A DNA stretch of 59,850 nucleotides, filler included, from Nitrospinae bacterium RIFCSPLOWO2_12_FULL_45_22 (GCA_001803565.1; 7 parts of 7 records of this genome joined end to end with filler, not necessarily neighbours in it); one strand, 5' to 3'. Shown: positions 7,981 through 18,666, counted from the whole stretch's first letter. Program-made: numbers and translations. Notes: generated from the letters alone by a model not told the origin.

Positions 7981-9276
7981 TTAACTTCTCCTAACCTTGC
8001 TCGCCTTTGCTTCTAAGGTTTTGAAATATTCATCCAGCAGGGATTTGATTTGATGAGTTGAGGTTATCCTGGGGTCCAATGGGTCTCCCGTTATCATCAG
8101 GATAGGAAGGCCCAGTTCTTTACTGAGGTCTTTCCTTAAGAGCATGAAGAAGTTAGAGGTCTGCTTACAGCCGAAGTTGGCAAAAAAGATGAACCCGTCT
8201 AAGTTCATTTCCCGGCAGGTGTTGATCATGTCTTCTTTGAAGCCTTCATAGGGCAAACAGCACCTGAGGCCCATAAAATTTAGTCTATTCCAGGCCAAAG
8301 TCTCCCAGGGGTCAGAAAAGCTAAGCTGGTTTTCCTCAAAAGGGAGTAAGTTCATCATATCTGCTGCCACACTAGCTTTATATGTATCCTCCATCCAATC
8401 AATCAGCTTCATATCGAAAAAGGGATAGAGCCCGAACCAGGCGACCCGCAACCTCTCTTCAGGCAATCCGCCCTGCTGGCGCTCTACTTTATCTCTGGTC
8501 TCTTCATACTGGGCCTTAAAGAATTCCAGGGTTTCTGGAAGCCCTTCACAATAAAATCTCAGGGCAAAGGCGGAGAAGGCTTCCCGGGCCCGCAGGGGTG
8601 AAGGGATAGACCTTCGCAATTGATGGGTCAGGTGAAAGTAATGATCGGTTTGGCGGGATATCTTCAGTATCTCTTCCAATTTACCCTGGTTTAATCGCCG
8701 GCCAGTGCGGTCTTTTAAGTATTGGGCTAATTCCTGAAGCTCCCGGGCTAGGTACTTAACGGCTTCCTCATCATAGGAATAGGGGAGATCCAGGAAATAG
8801 CCAGGACAATTACATAGATCGCCCAATAGCTCAAACATGGTGGTAGATGAATCGCAGGTGAGGGGTGCGGTAGATAAGATAAGGTCAGGCAGGGGTAATA
8901 GCCCGGCCTTTGCCATGCCAATAGCGGCTTTATGGGGAGAGCACGACTCACTGGAGAACCCCAGGCCCTCGCCTAGGTCAAGATAGTCAGTATTCAATTC
9001 CTGGGCCATAAACTGGATGACATATTGCTCCAGCACAAAAGGGACTATTCCCATAGCATAGAGAAGCTCTACCGGGATGAAGAGGCTAGTCCAGGCCAGG
9101 GGCTTATCCTCTTCACCAGCATTTCTTACCTGCGCATAATAATTTCTTATGGCCTCAGCATAATACCTCCCACTTTTAGAAATAGCATGGATCTTCCGAT
9201 ATTCTAACCGACTTTCTGCCCCTGCCAGCATCTTTTCCAATACCATATTTCTATCTATACCTTTCATCACATCCAT
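7981..9276 (-). CDS. 2-hydroxyacyl-CoA dehydratase family subunit (HgdA/FldB/BcrB-like)
   Basis: PVELLYAMGIVP, ESCSPHK, TCDS, FLDLP, NFGCKQ, GDPLDPR. Confidence 0.9.
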   Translation of the reverse strand: MDVMKGIDRNMVLEKMLAGAESRLEYRKIHAISKSGRYYAEAIRNYYAQVRNAGEEDKPLAWTSLFIPVELLYAMGIVPFVLEQYVIQFMAQELNTDYLDLGEGLGFSSESCSPHKAAIGMAKAGLLPLPDLILSTAPLTCDSSTTMFELLGDLCNCPGYFLDLPYSYDEEAVKYLARELQELAQYLKDRTGRRLNQGKLEEILKISRQTDHYFHLTHQLRRSIPSPLRAREAFSAFALRFYCEGLPETLEFFKAQYEETRDKVERQQGGLPEERLRVAWFGLYPFFDMKLIDWMEDTYKASVAADMMNLLPFEENQLSFSDPWETLAWNRLNFMGLRCCLPYEGFKEDMINTCREMNLDGFIFFANFGCKQTSNFFMLLRKDLSKELGLPILMITGDPLDPRITSTHQIKSLLDEYFKTLEAKASKVRRS

Positions 9277-9445
9277 TCCCCCTGAGGTAGCATGAGATTT
9301 ACCGTGGCTAAGAACCCCAACATGGCTAAACCGTTATGCCTAATTGATCTTTCCAAAACGCTCCGTCATCTTATTACTCTTACCTCAGAAATGCGTGAGA
9401 CCATCCCCTTCTCTCCAGGGAGGGAGTCGTCTCGATACTCCCATA

Positions 9446-10249
9446 TCAGAACATGCTAAGGCCGCCGCTTACACTAATGGTCTGACCCGTCATATAACTT
9501 GCATCGTCAGAGGCCATAAAACAGGTTACAGCCCCTATTTCATCGGGTTCCCCTAATCGCTTAAATGGTACCCAGCCTACCATTCCCTGGATAATCTTGG
9601 AGCTGAACTCCCCAGCAGCCTCTAGTTGCTCCTTTACCAGAGGAGTAGCATGGGGTCCCGGAGAGACTACATTAACATTGATTTTATAACGGGCATACTC
9701 TCTAGCCAAGGTCTTGACCAAGCCTATCCCAGCCGCCTTCATGGCTCCATCAACCGCCTGGCCGGTGCTGCCCTGCCGGGCTGCATCGGTAGCAATAAAT
9801 ACTATCTTGCCATAATTGCGCCCCATCATTCCAGGTAGAACGGCCTTAAGGGCATAGATAAAGCCCCTCAATGTCACGGCATATTCCCTATCCCACTCTT
9901 CATCGCCAGTCTCATGAAAGGGTCGTAAGGCCCCCCTCTTCTCGCCAATAGCAATGGGGATAGCTGCATAGACTAGAATATCGATCTTGCCTAATTCGTT
10001 ATTCGCTTGTTCAACAATCTCTCTCGTCATTTTCCCATCAGCGGCATCGGCTGCAAAGGCGAGAGCTTTCCGGCCATAGCTCCGGCATTCCTCGGCAGCT
10101 TTATCCGCATACTCTTTGACAATATCGGTCACTGCCATATTAGCTCCCTCGGCTGCCATCCGAACCGCAGCCTCTTTGGTGCTCCCTCTTCCTACACCCA
10201 TTATCAGCGCTACTTTGCCATCAAATCTCCCAGGATAAAATCGTTGCAT
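9446..10249 (-). CDS. Short-chain dehydrogenase/reductase (BadH-like) with degenerate catalytic motif
   Basis: GKVALIMGVGRG, TDAARQGSTGQAVDGAMK, NVVSPG, YMTGQTISVSGG; ATG at 10249 preceded by GGGAGGG. Confidence 0.85.
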   Translation of the reverse strand: MQRFYPGRFDGKVALIMGVGRGSTKEAAVRMAAEGANMAVTDIVKEYADKAAEECRSYGRKALAFAADAADGKMTREIVEQANNELGKIDILVYAAIPIAIGEKRGALRPFHETGDEEWDREYAVTLRGFIYALKAVLPGMMGRNYGKIVFIATDAARQGSTGQAVDGAMKAAGIGLVKTLAREYARYKINVNVVSPGPHATPLVKEQLEAAGEFSSKIIQGMVGWVPFKRLGEPDEIGAVTCFMASDDASYMTGQTISVSGGLSMF

Positions 10250-10556
10250 AATTAATCCCTCCCAACGCAAAAAACGGTTAACAAAGGCAAAAGCGATTCC
10301 ATGATGACATCGTTATGCTCACACTCACCACATTTCCCCTTGCTCCGGCAATTAAATAGGATGAGGTCTCCATGTTGGCCAAATATTTCCTGGATGCTCT
10401 GCTCAAAGACATTCCCCACTACCAGGTCAGGTATCTGTCCGCAGGGAAAGACCCGGCCATCACAGACAATGTTGAAAGTGGTCTTGCAAGAGAATTTACT
10501 ACATTCTATAGGCCCTATCCATTAGACCCTTCCCGAGAATATAATGACAAACAAAA

Positions 10557-11822
10557 TTAAAAACGATAAGCCAGACCTAAATGTATCATATTGTTCCACA
10601 ATACCTGGTCTACTCCATGGATATTTTGATTTCCCCATGAAGCATTGTAGGAGCCCTCGAGACGCCATCTCCCTAAGTCATAAGAGATACCGAAGGCTGC
10701 TTCTTTACGATCAACCGTCGCTACCGTAGTAAAACCCAGGAATTCGCCGGGCATCCCGCGCTCATCATAGTAAAACCCCGTACGCAGGGCCATCTTAGGA
10801 GAGACTCGGTATTCTACCCCGAAGCGATACCGGGCACTAATTTTCCAATGTAAGTTTATATTGGTATTTCGTAAATTGTCCCCGGGGTTGTCATAAGATA
10901 CATGATATTTCTGTACCCGCCAATCTGTCCATTGCCAATCGGCCGTCAGGGTTAATGGTGGTATGGGTCTATAAGCTATGCCTATACCCCAGGTAGGAGG
11001 TTGAGGGAATTTCCGTAGATAATCGCTCCCTTCAGCGACGATAACCTCTTTCCCGATCCTCTGATATATATGAGCGCCGCCCCTCATTCTGATTATACTT
11101 CCACTGCGATAGACCGCACCTACACTTATATCAGGATTAATCTTATACAAGAGACCTGCTACTCCTTCCCAACCGATTCCTTTACCATTCTCTTCTATAT
11201 CCATGTAGTAGTCAGATGAGGAAAGGGTTGGGTCGGTATTCTGGTATCGTTTATATACATCCAGCTCAAATTGACTGTATATGAGATTAATACCAACCCC
11301 CAGGGATAGCTTAGGGGTAACCTTTCTGGCCAGGGAGAGATTAGATACGGCCATAAAAAATCTGGTATAAAAGGAGGCTAATATCTGTGCCTGGGTGACG
11401 GGGTCTAGGACAATATCCCGCCAATCCAGGAAGTTTCCCAGGGGATTATAAGTAGCCAGACTCACGGTATACCCCTTCCAGTGGAAGTATCCGCCGATGC
11501 TGGGTTGATAGAAGCGATGCAGGACCTCTCTTTTGCTGAACCGACTAGGCTCTGATGGGTAAAGCCGGGGGAATATATCTCCCCGGCGAATACTGAGCTT
11601 CCTATCCATCAGTTCCTGAGGATCCCGGTTGGCTATAGAGTCTCTATCCGCACCATTCCAATTAATGTTGAACAAGGTTATTCCGATAGAGTTTCCCTCC
11701 AACTGGGCTAGCCCAGCCGGGTTATAATAGCTCGCCGTCCAGTCATCCGCCAGGCCGATAAATGCACCCCCCAAGGACATAGCCTTGGCACCAAAACCAG
11801 GCACTTCATAAGCGCCCCCCAT
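10557..11822 (-). CDS. FadL/OmpP1/TodX-family outer-membrane transporter; signal peptide appears truncated
   Basis: GAKAMSLGGAFIGLADDWTASYYNPAGLAQL (NPA motif), alternating beta strands, C-terminal YRF. Confidence 0.9.
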   Translation of the reverse strand: MGGAYEVPGFGAKAMSLGGAFIGLADDWTASYYNPAGLAQLEGNSIGITLFNINWNGADRDSIANRDPQELMDRKLSIRRGDIFPRLYPSEPSRFSKREVLHRFYQPSIGGYFHWKGYTVSLATYNPLGNFLDWRDIVLDPVTQAQILASFYTRFFMAVSNLSLARKVTPKLSLGVGINLIYSQFELDVYKRYQNTDPTLSSSDYYMDIEENGKGIGWEGVAGLLYKINPDISVGAVYRSGSIIRMRGGAHIYQRIGKEVIVAEGSDYLRKFPQPPTWGIGIAYRPIPPLTLTADWQWTDWRVQKYHVSYDNPGDNLRNTNINLHWKISARYRFGVEYRVSPKMALRTGFYYDERGMPGEFLGFTTVATVDRKEAAFGISYDLGRWRLEGSYNASWGNQNIHGVDQVLWNNMIHLGLAYRF

Positions 11823-11930
11823 CGCTGTATCTATATAACAGAAACTGCCTATCTGCTTCGCTCATGTTAAGTGTTAACAGTTTATTTTTATTGGCTTTGC
11901 ATGAGTTGCTAAAGATTGCTGAATCAGACG

Positions 11931-12030
11931 NNNNNNNNNNNNNNNNNNNNNNNNNNNNNNNNNNNNNNNNNNNNTTAATTAATTAANNNNNNNNNNNNNN
12001 NNNNNNNNNNNNNNNNNNNNNNNNNNNNNN
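11931..12030. other. Artificial contig linker
   Basis: N44-TTAATTAATTAA-N44. Confidence 0.99.
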
Positions 12031-12130
12031 TTTGAAATCAATATGTAGTTATAAAAGCCTTTTTTTTTCAACTAATAGTATTTTCCCCTTTACAAAATCC
12101 CTTTTTTTTGTTAGGGTATATTAAGTTCGT

Positions 12131-12244
12131 GTAACCGTTCACTCCAGAGTAAGCAGAACAAAGCTTAAAGCAAAAAGCGCAAAACTAGAGGATAATTCCT
12201 TAGCTTTACGCTTTACCCTATTTAGTTTGCTTTTGGGTAACTAC
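12131..12244. repeat. GTAA..TTAC-family miniature element with degenerate right end and heptamer inverted-repeat cargo
   Basis: Begins GTAACCGTTCAC, identical to 18667 and 39946; interior similar to 40001-40080. Confidence 0.65.
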
Positions 12245-12259
12245 TCCTGGGCTTAAATT

Positions 12260-15200
12260 ATGACCAGATTGTATCTTAGATCATTAGAGCTTACGGGTTT
12301 CAAATCTTTTGTAGAAACCACCAGGCTTCTGTTCAAGCCCGGAATCAATGCCCTGGTAGGCCCTAATGGTTGTGGCAAATCTAATATTGCTGATGCTATC
12401 CGCTGGGTACTAGGAGAGCAGAGCCCCCGTAGCTTACGGGGTAAGAAGATGGAGGACCTGATATTTGCTGGAAGCCAGAAGAGGAAGGGTCTGGGGATGA
12501 CGCAGGTTGCCCTTACCTTAGCCCATGTGGAGGGGACAAACCATGGCTCTGCCCCGTCAGAAAATGGTGGTGAAGAGATCGTCTTTACCCGCCGACTCTT
12601 TCGTACTGGCGAGAGCGAATATCTTATCAATAAGACCCCGTGCCGGTTAAAAGATATTACCGACTTGCTTTTAGATTTGAGGATAGGGGCCAATGCCTTA
12701 TCCCTCCTGAGCCAAGAACATATAATAGACCTTATTACCAGCAAACCCGAACAGAAGCGCCATTTCATTGAAGAGGCCGCTGGAGTGATAAAATATAAGC
12801 TGCGAAAGAAAGAAGCCCTGGAAAAATTAGAACATGCCCAGCAAAACCTGGTACGGATAAAGGATATCTTTCTAGAGGTTCAGAAGCAGAGGAATTATTT
12901 GGGGCGTCAAGCCAAAAAGGCCCAGGAATACAAAAAGATTAGACAAGAGATACGGGGGAGAGAATTGACCCTCCTGTTTCATGAGTTAGGAGAAGATCAG
13001 AAGGAGTTGGACATAAAAGGTAAAGAATACCAGGAGCTGAAGGGAGAGGAGCTAAGACTGGAAACTCAAAAATCCTCATACGAAGCCCAACAGGAATCAT
13101 TATCCCTGGCTATAGTAGAAGAAGAAAAGGAGCAGCAGAAGGCCAGAGACGTCCTATTAAATCTCGATCTCGAGATCAATCGTACAGAAAATAGGATAGA
13201 GCTTTTACGGAGAAAGCTCCAGGATCTTCGGGTAGCAGAGGAAAAATTAAGCCAGGAGCAGGACGGGCTCAGCCAGAAAGCCAATGCCTTAGAGAAAGAG
13301 TTGGATCTGGCCAACAATCAGGAAAAAGAATGCAACACCAATCTGGATGAAGAAAGGGTTTTTTTGGAGGAGAAGGAAAGGCAATTTAATGTCTTGAATA
13401 ATAAATATTGCCACAGCCGGGACAGTTTAGAGGAAGAAAAGGCGGAATTGGTCGAGCTCCTAAGCCAAACCTCCCAACTCAAAAACCAGCTTGTCTCCCT
13501 GGATACCCGGATAGAAGGCCTGACCAGGAGGGAAGCAAGGCTCAATAAAGAAAGAACTCAATGGCAGGGAAAGCTGGAGGAGATGGGTCAGCAATTAGAG
13601 CAGGCCTATAGGATACAAGACCAGCTCCAGATTTCGTTAGAGACCCTTAAAGCCAGAAAAGGATCTTTGAAAGAAGACCTCGATCTAACCCAGGTTCACC
13701 TGGAAGACAAGAGAAAAGAAATAGAGACCCGGAAAGGAGATCTGAGCAGTAAATTAGCCCGCCTAGAATCTTTAGAAACATTACAGAATAGTCAAGAAGG
13801 GAGTGAAGAGGGCCCCCGGTCTTTAATCAACTCGAACCACTATGGACTTCGTTGTCTGATAGTTGATATATTGCAGACCTCTCCGGAATACGAAAAGGCT
13901 ATAGAAGCTGCACTAGAAAAAAAACTCCTGGCCATAATTGCCCAGGACCATAACTCTATCCTGGAGGCTATAAGCCATCTTAAAAATAATAGCGGGGGTA
14001 GGAATTTCTTTATCCCGCTCCAACCCAGGGTCCTGCCAGCCGAGCAGGAACTCTATGCCCTTAAAGGCCTTTCCTCAGAGCAATTAATAGGCCCGGCTTT
14101 AGAGAAGGTAGAATATGGAGCTGAGTACTACTCGGTAGTGAAGTACCTCTTGGGGGATGTAGTTCTGGTGAAGGATTTAGAAGGGGCTTTATCCCTCTGG
14201 CAACAGGGAATAACAGATAAGACCTTGGTCACCTTAGAAGGAGAAGTGCTTGACCCTCACGGTGGCATAGTGGGCGGGGATAGCCTTGCTCAAGACCAGG
14301 GCCTTCTGGGAAGAAGAAGAAAAATCCAGGAATTGAACAAAGCAAAACAGTCCCTAGCTGAGGATATAGAGAAGGGGTGCAGGGATGAAGAGGAGCTAAA
14401 AAAGCAGCTCCTTTCCATCCAAGAAGAACTGGAAGCGGTTGATGGCGAATCCCGGGATAGCCAAAAGACATTTTTTAATGCCCAGGGAAGGCTTAAGGCA
14501 TTAGAAGAGACACGAGAAAAGGATAGAGAGTACCTGGAAGCCCTGGGTTATGAAGCCCAGGAGGTAGAAAAAGAAAGGCAGGAACTTCAGCGAGAACAAG
14601 CCAGCTTACAGCGCCAGATTGAGTCTTTACATAGACTAAAACAGGGAAAAGAAGAGAAGATTCAAGAGGTTAAAGAAGAATCATCCCTTTATGAAAGCGA
14701 GTTAGAAGAGATACAGGAAGAAGTAATAAGCTCCAGGGTAAGGGTAAGTGCTGCTCAGGAGAAAAAAGAAGCAGCAAAAAACTACCTCCAGCGAATTAAG
14801 CAAGATTATGACGACATCACTGCAAGGACACGCCAGCAGAAAGCAGCGGAGATACAAATCCAGGGTGAAAAAAATGAGACCAAAAAATCCCTTCAACAAA
14901 CAGAAGAAAACTTGCAGGCCCTTCTTATCACCCGAGACAATGCCCAAAAAAGGATAAGCGATATCGAAGAAGTTTTAAGAGAAAAGAGGGAAGAACTAAA
15001 AGATATAGAAAAGGCAGAAAAGGTTTGTAAAGACCACCTGGCCCAGTTAACACCCACGATACAACAAATATCATTGGCCTGCTCCCAACTGCAATGGCAG
15101 ATAAATCAGGTCAAAAATAAGCTCCAAAAGGATTATAATCTAACAGAAGAGGAGATCGGCAGGGAGATGCAACGGCCATTATCAGGGATAGATAAGGCCA

Positions 15201-15865
15201 AAGAGCAGAACAAAATAGCGGAGCTGACCGAACAGATAACCAAGTTAGGCGAGATTAATATCACAGCGATAGAAGAATATGAAAAAGTCCAAGAGCGCTA
15301 TAAATTTCTCCAGGAACAACAGGAAGACCTGCATAAATCTATCGCTTCCTTGCACCAGGCCATAAATAAAATCAACCGGTCTATCGAAAAGGATTTTTTT
15401 AACACTTTCAATGCCCTAAATAACCAATTTGGGCAGACCTTTAAGAGACTCTTTCAAGGAGGAGAAGCGCGGCTGAGCCTGACTCAGGAAGATGACCTTA
15501 TGGAGTCCGGCGTTGATCTAATTGTCCAGCCACCAGGAAAGAAGTTGCAAAATATTGCCCTGCTCTCTGCTGGTGAGAAGGCCCTATCGGCTTTGGCACT
15601 ACTCTTTTCCGTCTTCATGCTCAAACCCACCCCTTTCTGTTTAATGGACGAAGTAGATGCCCCGTTGGATGATGCTAATCTGGAAAGATTTTCGCAGTTG
15701 TTACAAGAATTGAGCACTCAAACACAATTCATTATAATAACCCATAATAAGCGCACTATGGCCTGGGCTAATGCCCTTTATGGCGTAACCATGGAAGAAG
15801 AGGGTGTTTCCAAGATTATCTCGGTTAGCCTAAAAGACCCTCAGGAGGCAACAGTACAATTATGA
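12260..15865 (+). CDS. smc: Chromosome segregation protein SMC
   Basis: GFKSF, Walker A GPNGCGKSN, long coiled coils, hinge, LSAGEK, Walker B LMDEVDAPLD; followed by ftsY. Confidence 0.97.
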   Translation: MTRLYLRSLELTGFKSFVETTRLLFKPGINALVGPNGCGKSNIADAIRWVLGEQSPRSLRGKKMEDLIFAGSQKRKGLGMTQVALTLAHVEGTNHGSAPSENGGEEIVFTRRLFRTGESEYLINKTPCRLKDITDLLLDLRIGANALSLLSQEHIIDLITSKPEQKRHFIEEAAGVIKYKLRKKEALEKLEHAQQNLVRIKDIFLEVQKQRNYLGRQAKKAQEYKKIRQEIRGRELTLLFHELGEDQKELDIKGKEYQELKGEELRLETQKSSYEAQQESLSLAIVEEEKEQQKARDVLLNLDLEINRTENRIELLRRKLQDLRVAEEKLSQEQDGLSQKANALEKELDLANNQEKECNTNLDEERVFLEEKERQFNVLNNKYCHSRDSLEEEKAELVELLSQTSQLKNQLVSLDTRIEGLTRREARLNKERTQWQGKLEEMGQQLEQAYRIQDQLQISLETLKARKGSLKEDLDLTQVHLEDKRKEIETRKGDLSSKLARLESLETLQNSQEGSEEGPRSLINSNHYGLRCLIVDILQTSPEYEKAIEAALEKKLLAIIAQDHNSILEAISHLKNNSGGRNFFIPLQPRVLPAEQELYALKGLSSEQLIGPALEKVEYGAEYYSVVKYLLGDVVLVKDLEGALSLWQQGITDKTLVTLEGEVLDPHGGIVGGDSLAQDQGLLGRRRKIQELNKAKQSLAEDIEKGCRDEEELKKQLLSIQEELEAVDGESRDSQKTFFNAQGRLKALEETREKDREYLEALGYEAQEVEKERQELQREQASLQRQIESLHRLKQGKEEKIQEVKEESSLYESELEEIQEEVISSRVRVSAAQEKKEAAKNYLQRIKQDYDDITARTRQQKAAEIQIQGEKNETKKSLQQTEENLQALLITRDNAQKRISDIEEVLREKREELKDIEKAEKVCKDHLAQLTPTIQQISLACSQLQWQINQVKNKLQKDYNLTEEEIGREMQRPLSGIDKAKEQNKIAELTEQITKLGEINITAIEEYEKVQERYKFLQEQQEDLHKSIASLHQAINKINRSIEKDFFNTFNALNNQFGQTFKRLFQGGEARLSLTQEDDLMESGVDLIVQPPGKKLQNIALLSAGEKALSALALLFSVFMLKPTPFCLMDEVDAPLDDANLERFSQLLQELSTQTQFIIITHNKRTMAWANALYGVTMEEEGVSKIISVSLKDPQEATVQL

Positions 15866-16776
15866 ATCTATGGCAGAAGATAAAGACTAGCCTGGCCACC
15901 ACCCGGCAAGGGCTGACACAAAAGATAGATCGGATATTTAAAGACCGGGGCAAGATAACCCAAACCTTATTAGACGAGCTGGAAGAAGTATTGATTATGG
16001 CCGATTTGGGGGTTTCTGCCACCCAAAAGATTATAGGACACCTCCAGGAGAAGATTAGGACCAATGAGGTAAAAGATTCAGAAGAAGTAAAAGATTTTAT
16101 AAAGACCTTAATTGCCCAGATACTGGAAAAGAATGAAATAGAAGAGTCTCACAAATGGCAACCGCCCCATGTGATTATGGTGATCGGCGTGAATGGGGTG
16201 GGAAAGACCACTACTATAGGTAAGCTGGCCTGGCGTTTAAAAAAAGAAGGGAAAAAAGTCTTGCTAGCAGCCGGCGATACCTTCAGGGCAGCAGCTATAG
16301 ACCAATTAGAAATATGGGCTCAGAAGATCGGGGTAGACTTCATCAAACACCAGCCTGGAGCAGACCCCTCGGCGGTAGTCTTCGATGCCATCCAAGCAGG
16401 CAAAGCCAGGGGTTATGATATTATCATTGCCGATACTGCTGGCAGGCAGCATACTAAAGCAAATCTTATGGAAGAGTTAAAAAAGATGAAACGTGTAATA
16501 GGAAAGGTTATTCCCGATGCACCCCATGAGGTTCTATTGGTATTAGATGCCAATACTGGCCAGAATGCCCTTTCCCAAACGAACCTGTTCCATCAGAACC
16601 TGGGGGTGACCGGGATTGTGCTAACTAAACTGGATGGCTCGGCCAAAGGCGGTATAATTGTTAATATTGCCGATACCTTCGATATCCCTATCAAATACAT
16701 TGGGTTAGGAGAAGAGCTGGACAACTTACAGGAATTCCACCCGGCCTTGTTTGCCTCTGCCCTCTTAACGGATTAA
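15862..16776 (+). CDS. ftsY: Signal recognition particle receptor FtsY
   Basis: GVNGVGKTTT, DTFRAAA, DTAGR, TKLDGSAKGG. Confidence 0.97.
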   Translation: MNLWQKIKTSLATTRQGLTQKIDRIFKDRGKITQTLLDELEEVLIMADLGVSATQKIIGHLQEKIRTNEVKDSEEVKDFIKTLIAQILEKNEIEESHKWQPPHVIMVIGVNGVGKTTTIGKLAWRLKKEGKKVLLAAGDTFRAAAIDQLEIWAQKIGVDFIKHQPGADPSAVVFDAIQAGKARGYDIIIADTAGRQHTKANLMEELKKMKRVIGKVIPDAPHEVLLVLDANTGQNALSQTNLFHQNLGVTGIVLTKLDGSAKGGIIVNIADTFDIPIKYIGLGEELDNLQEFHPALFASALLTD

Positions 16777-16783
16777 GCTGCCC

Positions 16784-17299
16784 TTAATCCCGGAAGAGAT
16801 ATTTGTTCCAATTGGCCCTTACCGAACCATCAGCCTGGGGTAAGTTCTTGAAATGGAGTAAGAAGTAAGGTTTCTTAGGCTTTCGTAAAAGGGTCAAGCC
16901 ACTCTCGTATAAAGTGCGATCACCCTTTTTTAAGTTACATCTCTGACAGGCTACTACCACATTTTCCCAGGATGTAATGCCGCCACGGGATCTCGGGACT
17001 ACATGATCTATGGTCATCTCTACTCCATAGCTACCACAATACTGGCAAGTATAATTATCCCGTTTAAAGACATTCTTCTTGCTGAAGCGTACTCCCACCA
17101 GATAGGGCTTTTTAATATATCTATTCAGACGAATAACTGTAGGAGCCTGTATAGAGATGGAAGGGGAATAAATAACCCGGCCATCATACTCTACCTCTTG
17201 AGCTTTACCTTTAAGAAGCATGATCACCGCCCGGCGCAAATTACAGAAATGTAATGGCTCATAAGTTTGGTTAAGAACCAGTACTTGCCAACCCTCCAT
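16784..17299 (-). CDS. HNH endonuclease (McrA-like)
   Basis: VLVLNQTYEPL, RDNYTCQYCG, TIDHVVPRSRGG, WENVVVACQRCNLKKG. Confidence 0.92.
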   Translation of the reverse strand: MEGWQVLVLNQTYEPLHFCNLRRAVIMLLKGKAQEVEYDGRVIYSPSISIQAPTVIRLNRYIKKPYLVGVRFSKKNVFKRDNYTCQYCGSYGVEMTIDHVVPRSRGGITSWENVVVACQRCNLKKGDRTLYESGLTLLRKPKKPYFLLHFKNLPQADGSVRANWNKYLFRD

Positions 17300-17392
17300 T
17301 CTATTTCCCTACCCCAAGAACTTTATGGCTAAAGACACCAGATAAAATTGGTGATAATACTAATACCTAACGCCAGTTTTGTCAACAGAGAG

Positions 17393-17492
17393 NNNNNNNN
17401 NNNNNNNNNNNNNNNNNNNNNNNNNNNNNNNNNNNNTTAATTAATTAANNNNNNNNNNNNNNNNNNNNNNNNNNNNNNNNNNNNNNNNNNNN
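17393..17492. other. Artificial contig linker
   Basis: N44-TTAATTAATTAA-N44. Confidence 0.99.
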
Positions 17493-18512
17493 CCGGGCAG
17501 TGCGGGCTATCTCTAATGCCTTCTGCACAGTATTCATCTTGGCCATAGATATCTGCGCATGATGTGCCTTACCCTGATCTTTTAGCCGGCCTAACTGTAA
17601 ACAGAGGAGTTCTCCTTTGGTTATTTCGGTCAACATATCTACCAGCTTTTTCTGTACCAGTTGGAAAGCTGCTATAGGTTTACCGAACTGAATCCTTTCC
17701 CTGGCATAGTTTAAGGCTGTAGTATAGCAAGCCTTAGCAGCCCCTATGGCTCCCCAGGCGATACTGTAACGGGCCTGGTTCAGACACATGAGGGGCGATT
17801 TAAGACCCTGGGCATGGGGGAGGATATTTTTGGCTGGCACTTGACAGTCCTCAAAGATCAATTCGGAGGTAACTGAGGCCCGTAAGGAAAATTTACCGTG
17901 GATATCTCGGGTAGAAAAACCTTCGGTTCCTTTCTCTACTAAGAAGCCCTTTATGATATTATCTGGGGTCTTAGCCCAAACTAGTGCTACATCGGCAATA
18001 GAGCCATTCGTTATCCACATTTTGCTGCCATTCAAGATATAATAAGGGCCATCTTTTACCGCCTTAGTGACCATCCCAGCCGGATTAGAGCCATAATCCG
18101 GTTCGGTTAAGCCAAAGCAGCCAATCTTCTCTGCCTTCGCCAGTTTAGGCAGCCAGTAATCCTTTTGCTCGTCGGAGCCAAAGGTATAAATGGGATACAT
18201 GACTAAACCGCTCTGTACTGAAGCAAAGCTCCTGATACTGCTGTCGCCCCGCTCCAGCTCCTCCATCATAAGGCCATAAGCTATATTATTCACACCCGCA
18301 CACTGATACCCAGTAAGGGTAGCCCCTAGAACTCCTAAGTGGCCAATAGCTGATACCAGCTCCGCAGGAAAAGTAGCCTCTCGGTTATGTTTTTCGATGA
18401 TAGGTATTACTTGCTCGTCTACAAAGTCGCGCATAGTGTTCCTTACCATTATCTCTTCCGGTGATAATAGCGACTCGATATCGTAGAAATCTACCACTTG
18501 AAACCTTGCCAT
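17493..18512 (-). CDS. Acyl-CoA dehydrogenase, glutaryl-CoA dehydrogenase-like; 3' end truncated
   Basis: ELERGDSSIRSFASVQSGLVMYPI, GCFGLTEPDYGSNP, KMWITNG, CLNQARY, RIQFGKPI; likely start MARFQVVDFY. Confidence 0.9.
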
Positions 18513-18666
18513 AGAAATAATCCCTACTATAAGGTCGTATTTCTTCTCCCTGGCTAATGGGGGTTGGGCCAGAGAAGATACAGAAAGTGAAGAGTCAGAG
18601 GTGTCAGTCAACACCTTCTACGGCAGCATCTTTGCCTCTTTCATTACCAGGGAGGGAATAAAATAT

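Noticed and set aside
6811-9276. Calling the pair benzoyl-CoA reductase (bcrBC)
   Set aside because: Family membership is clear, but no ATPase subunits or ring-cleavage genes support that specific function
15560-15580. SMC signature LSAGEK instead of LSGGEK
   Set aside because: A single conservative change with all other motifs intact; not enough to claim altered function
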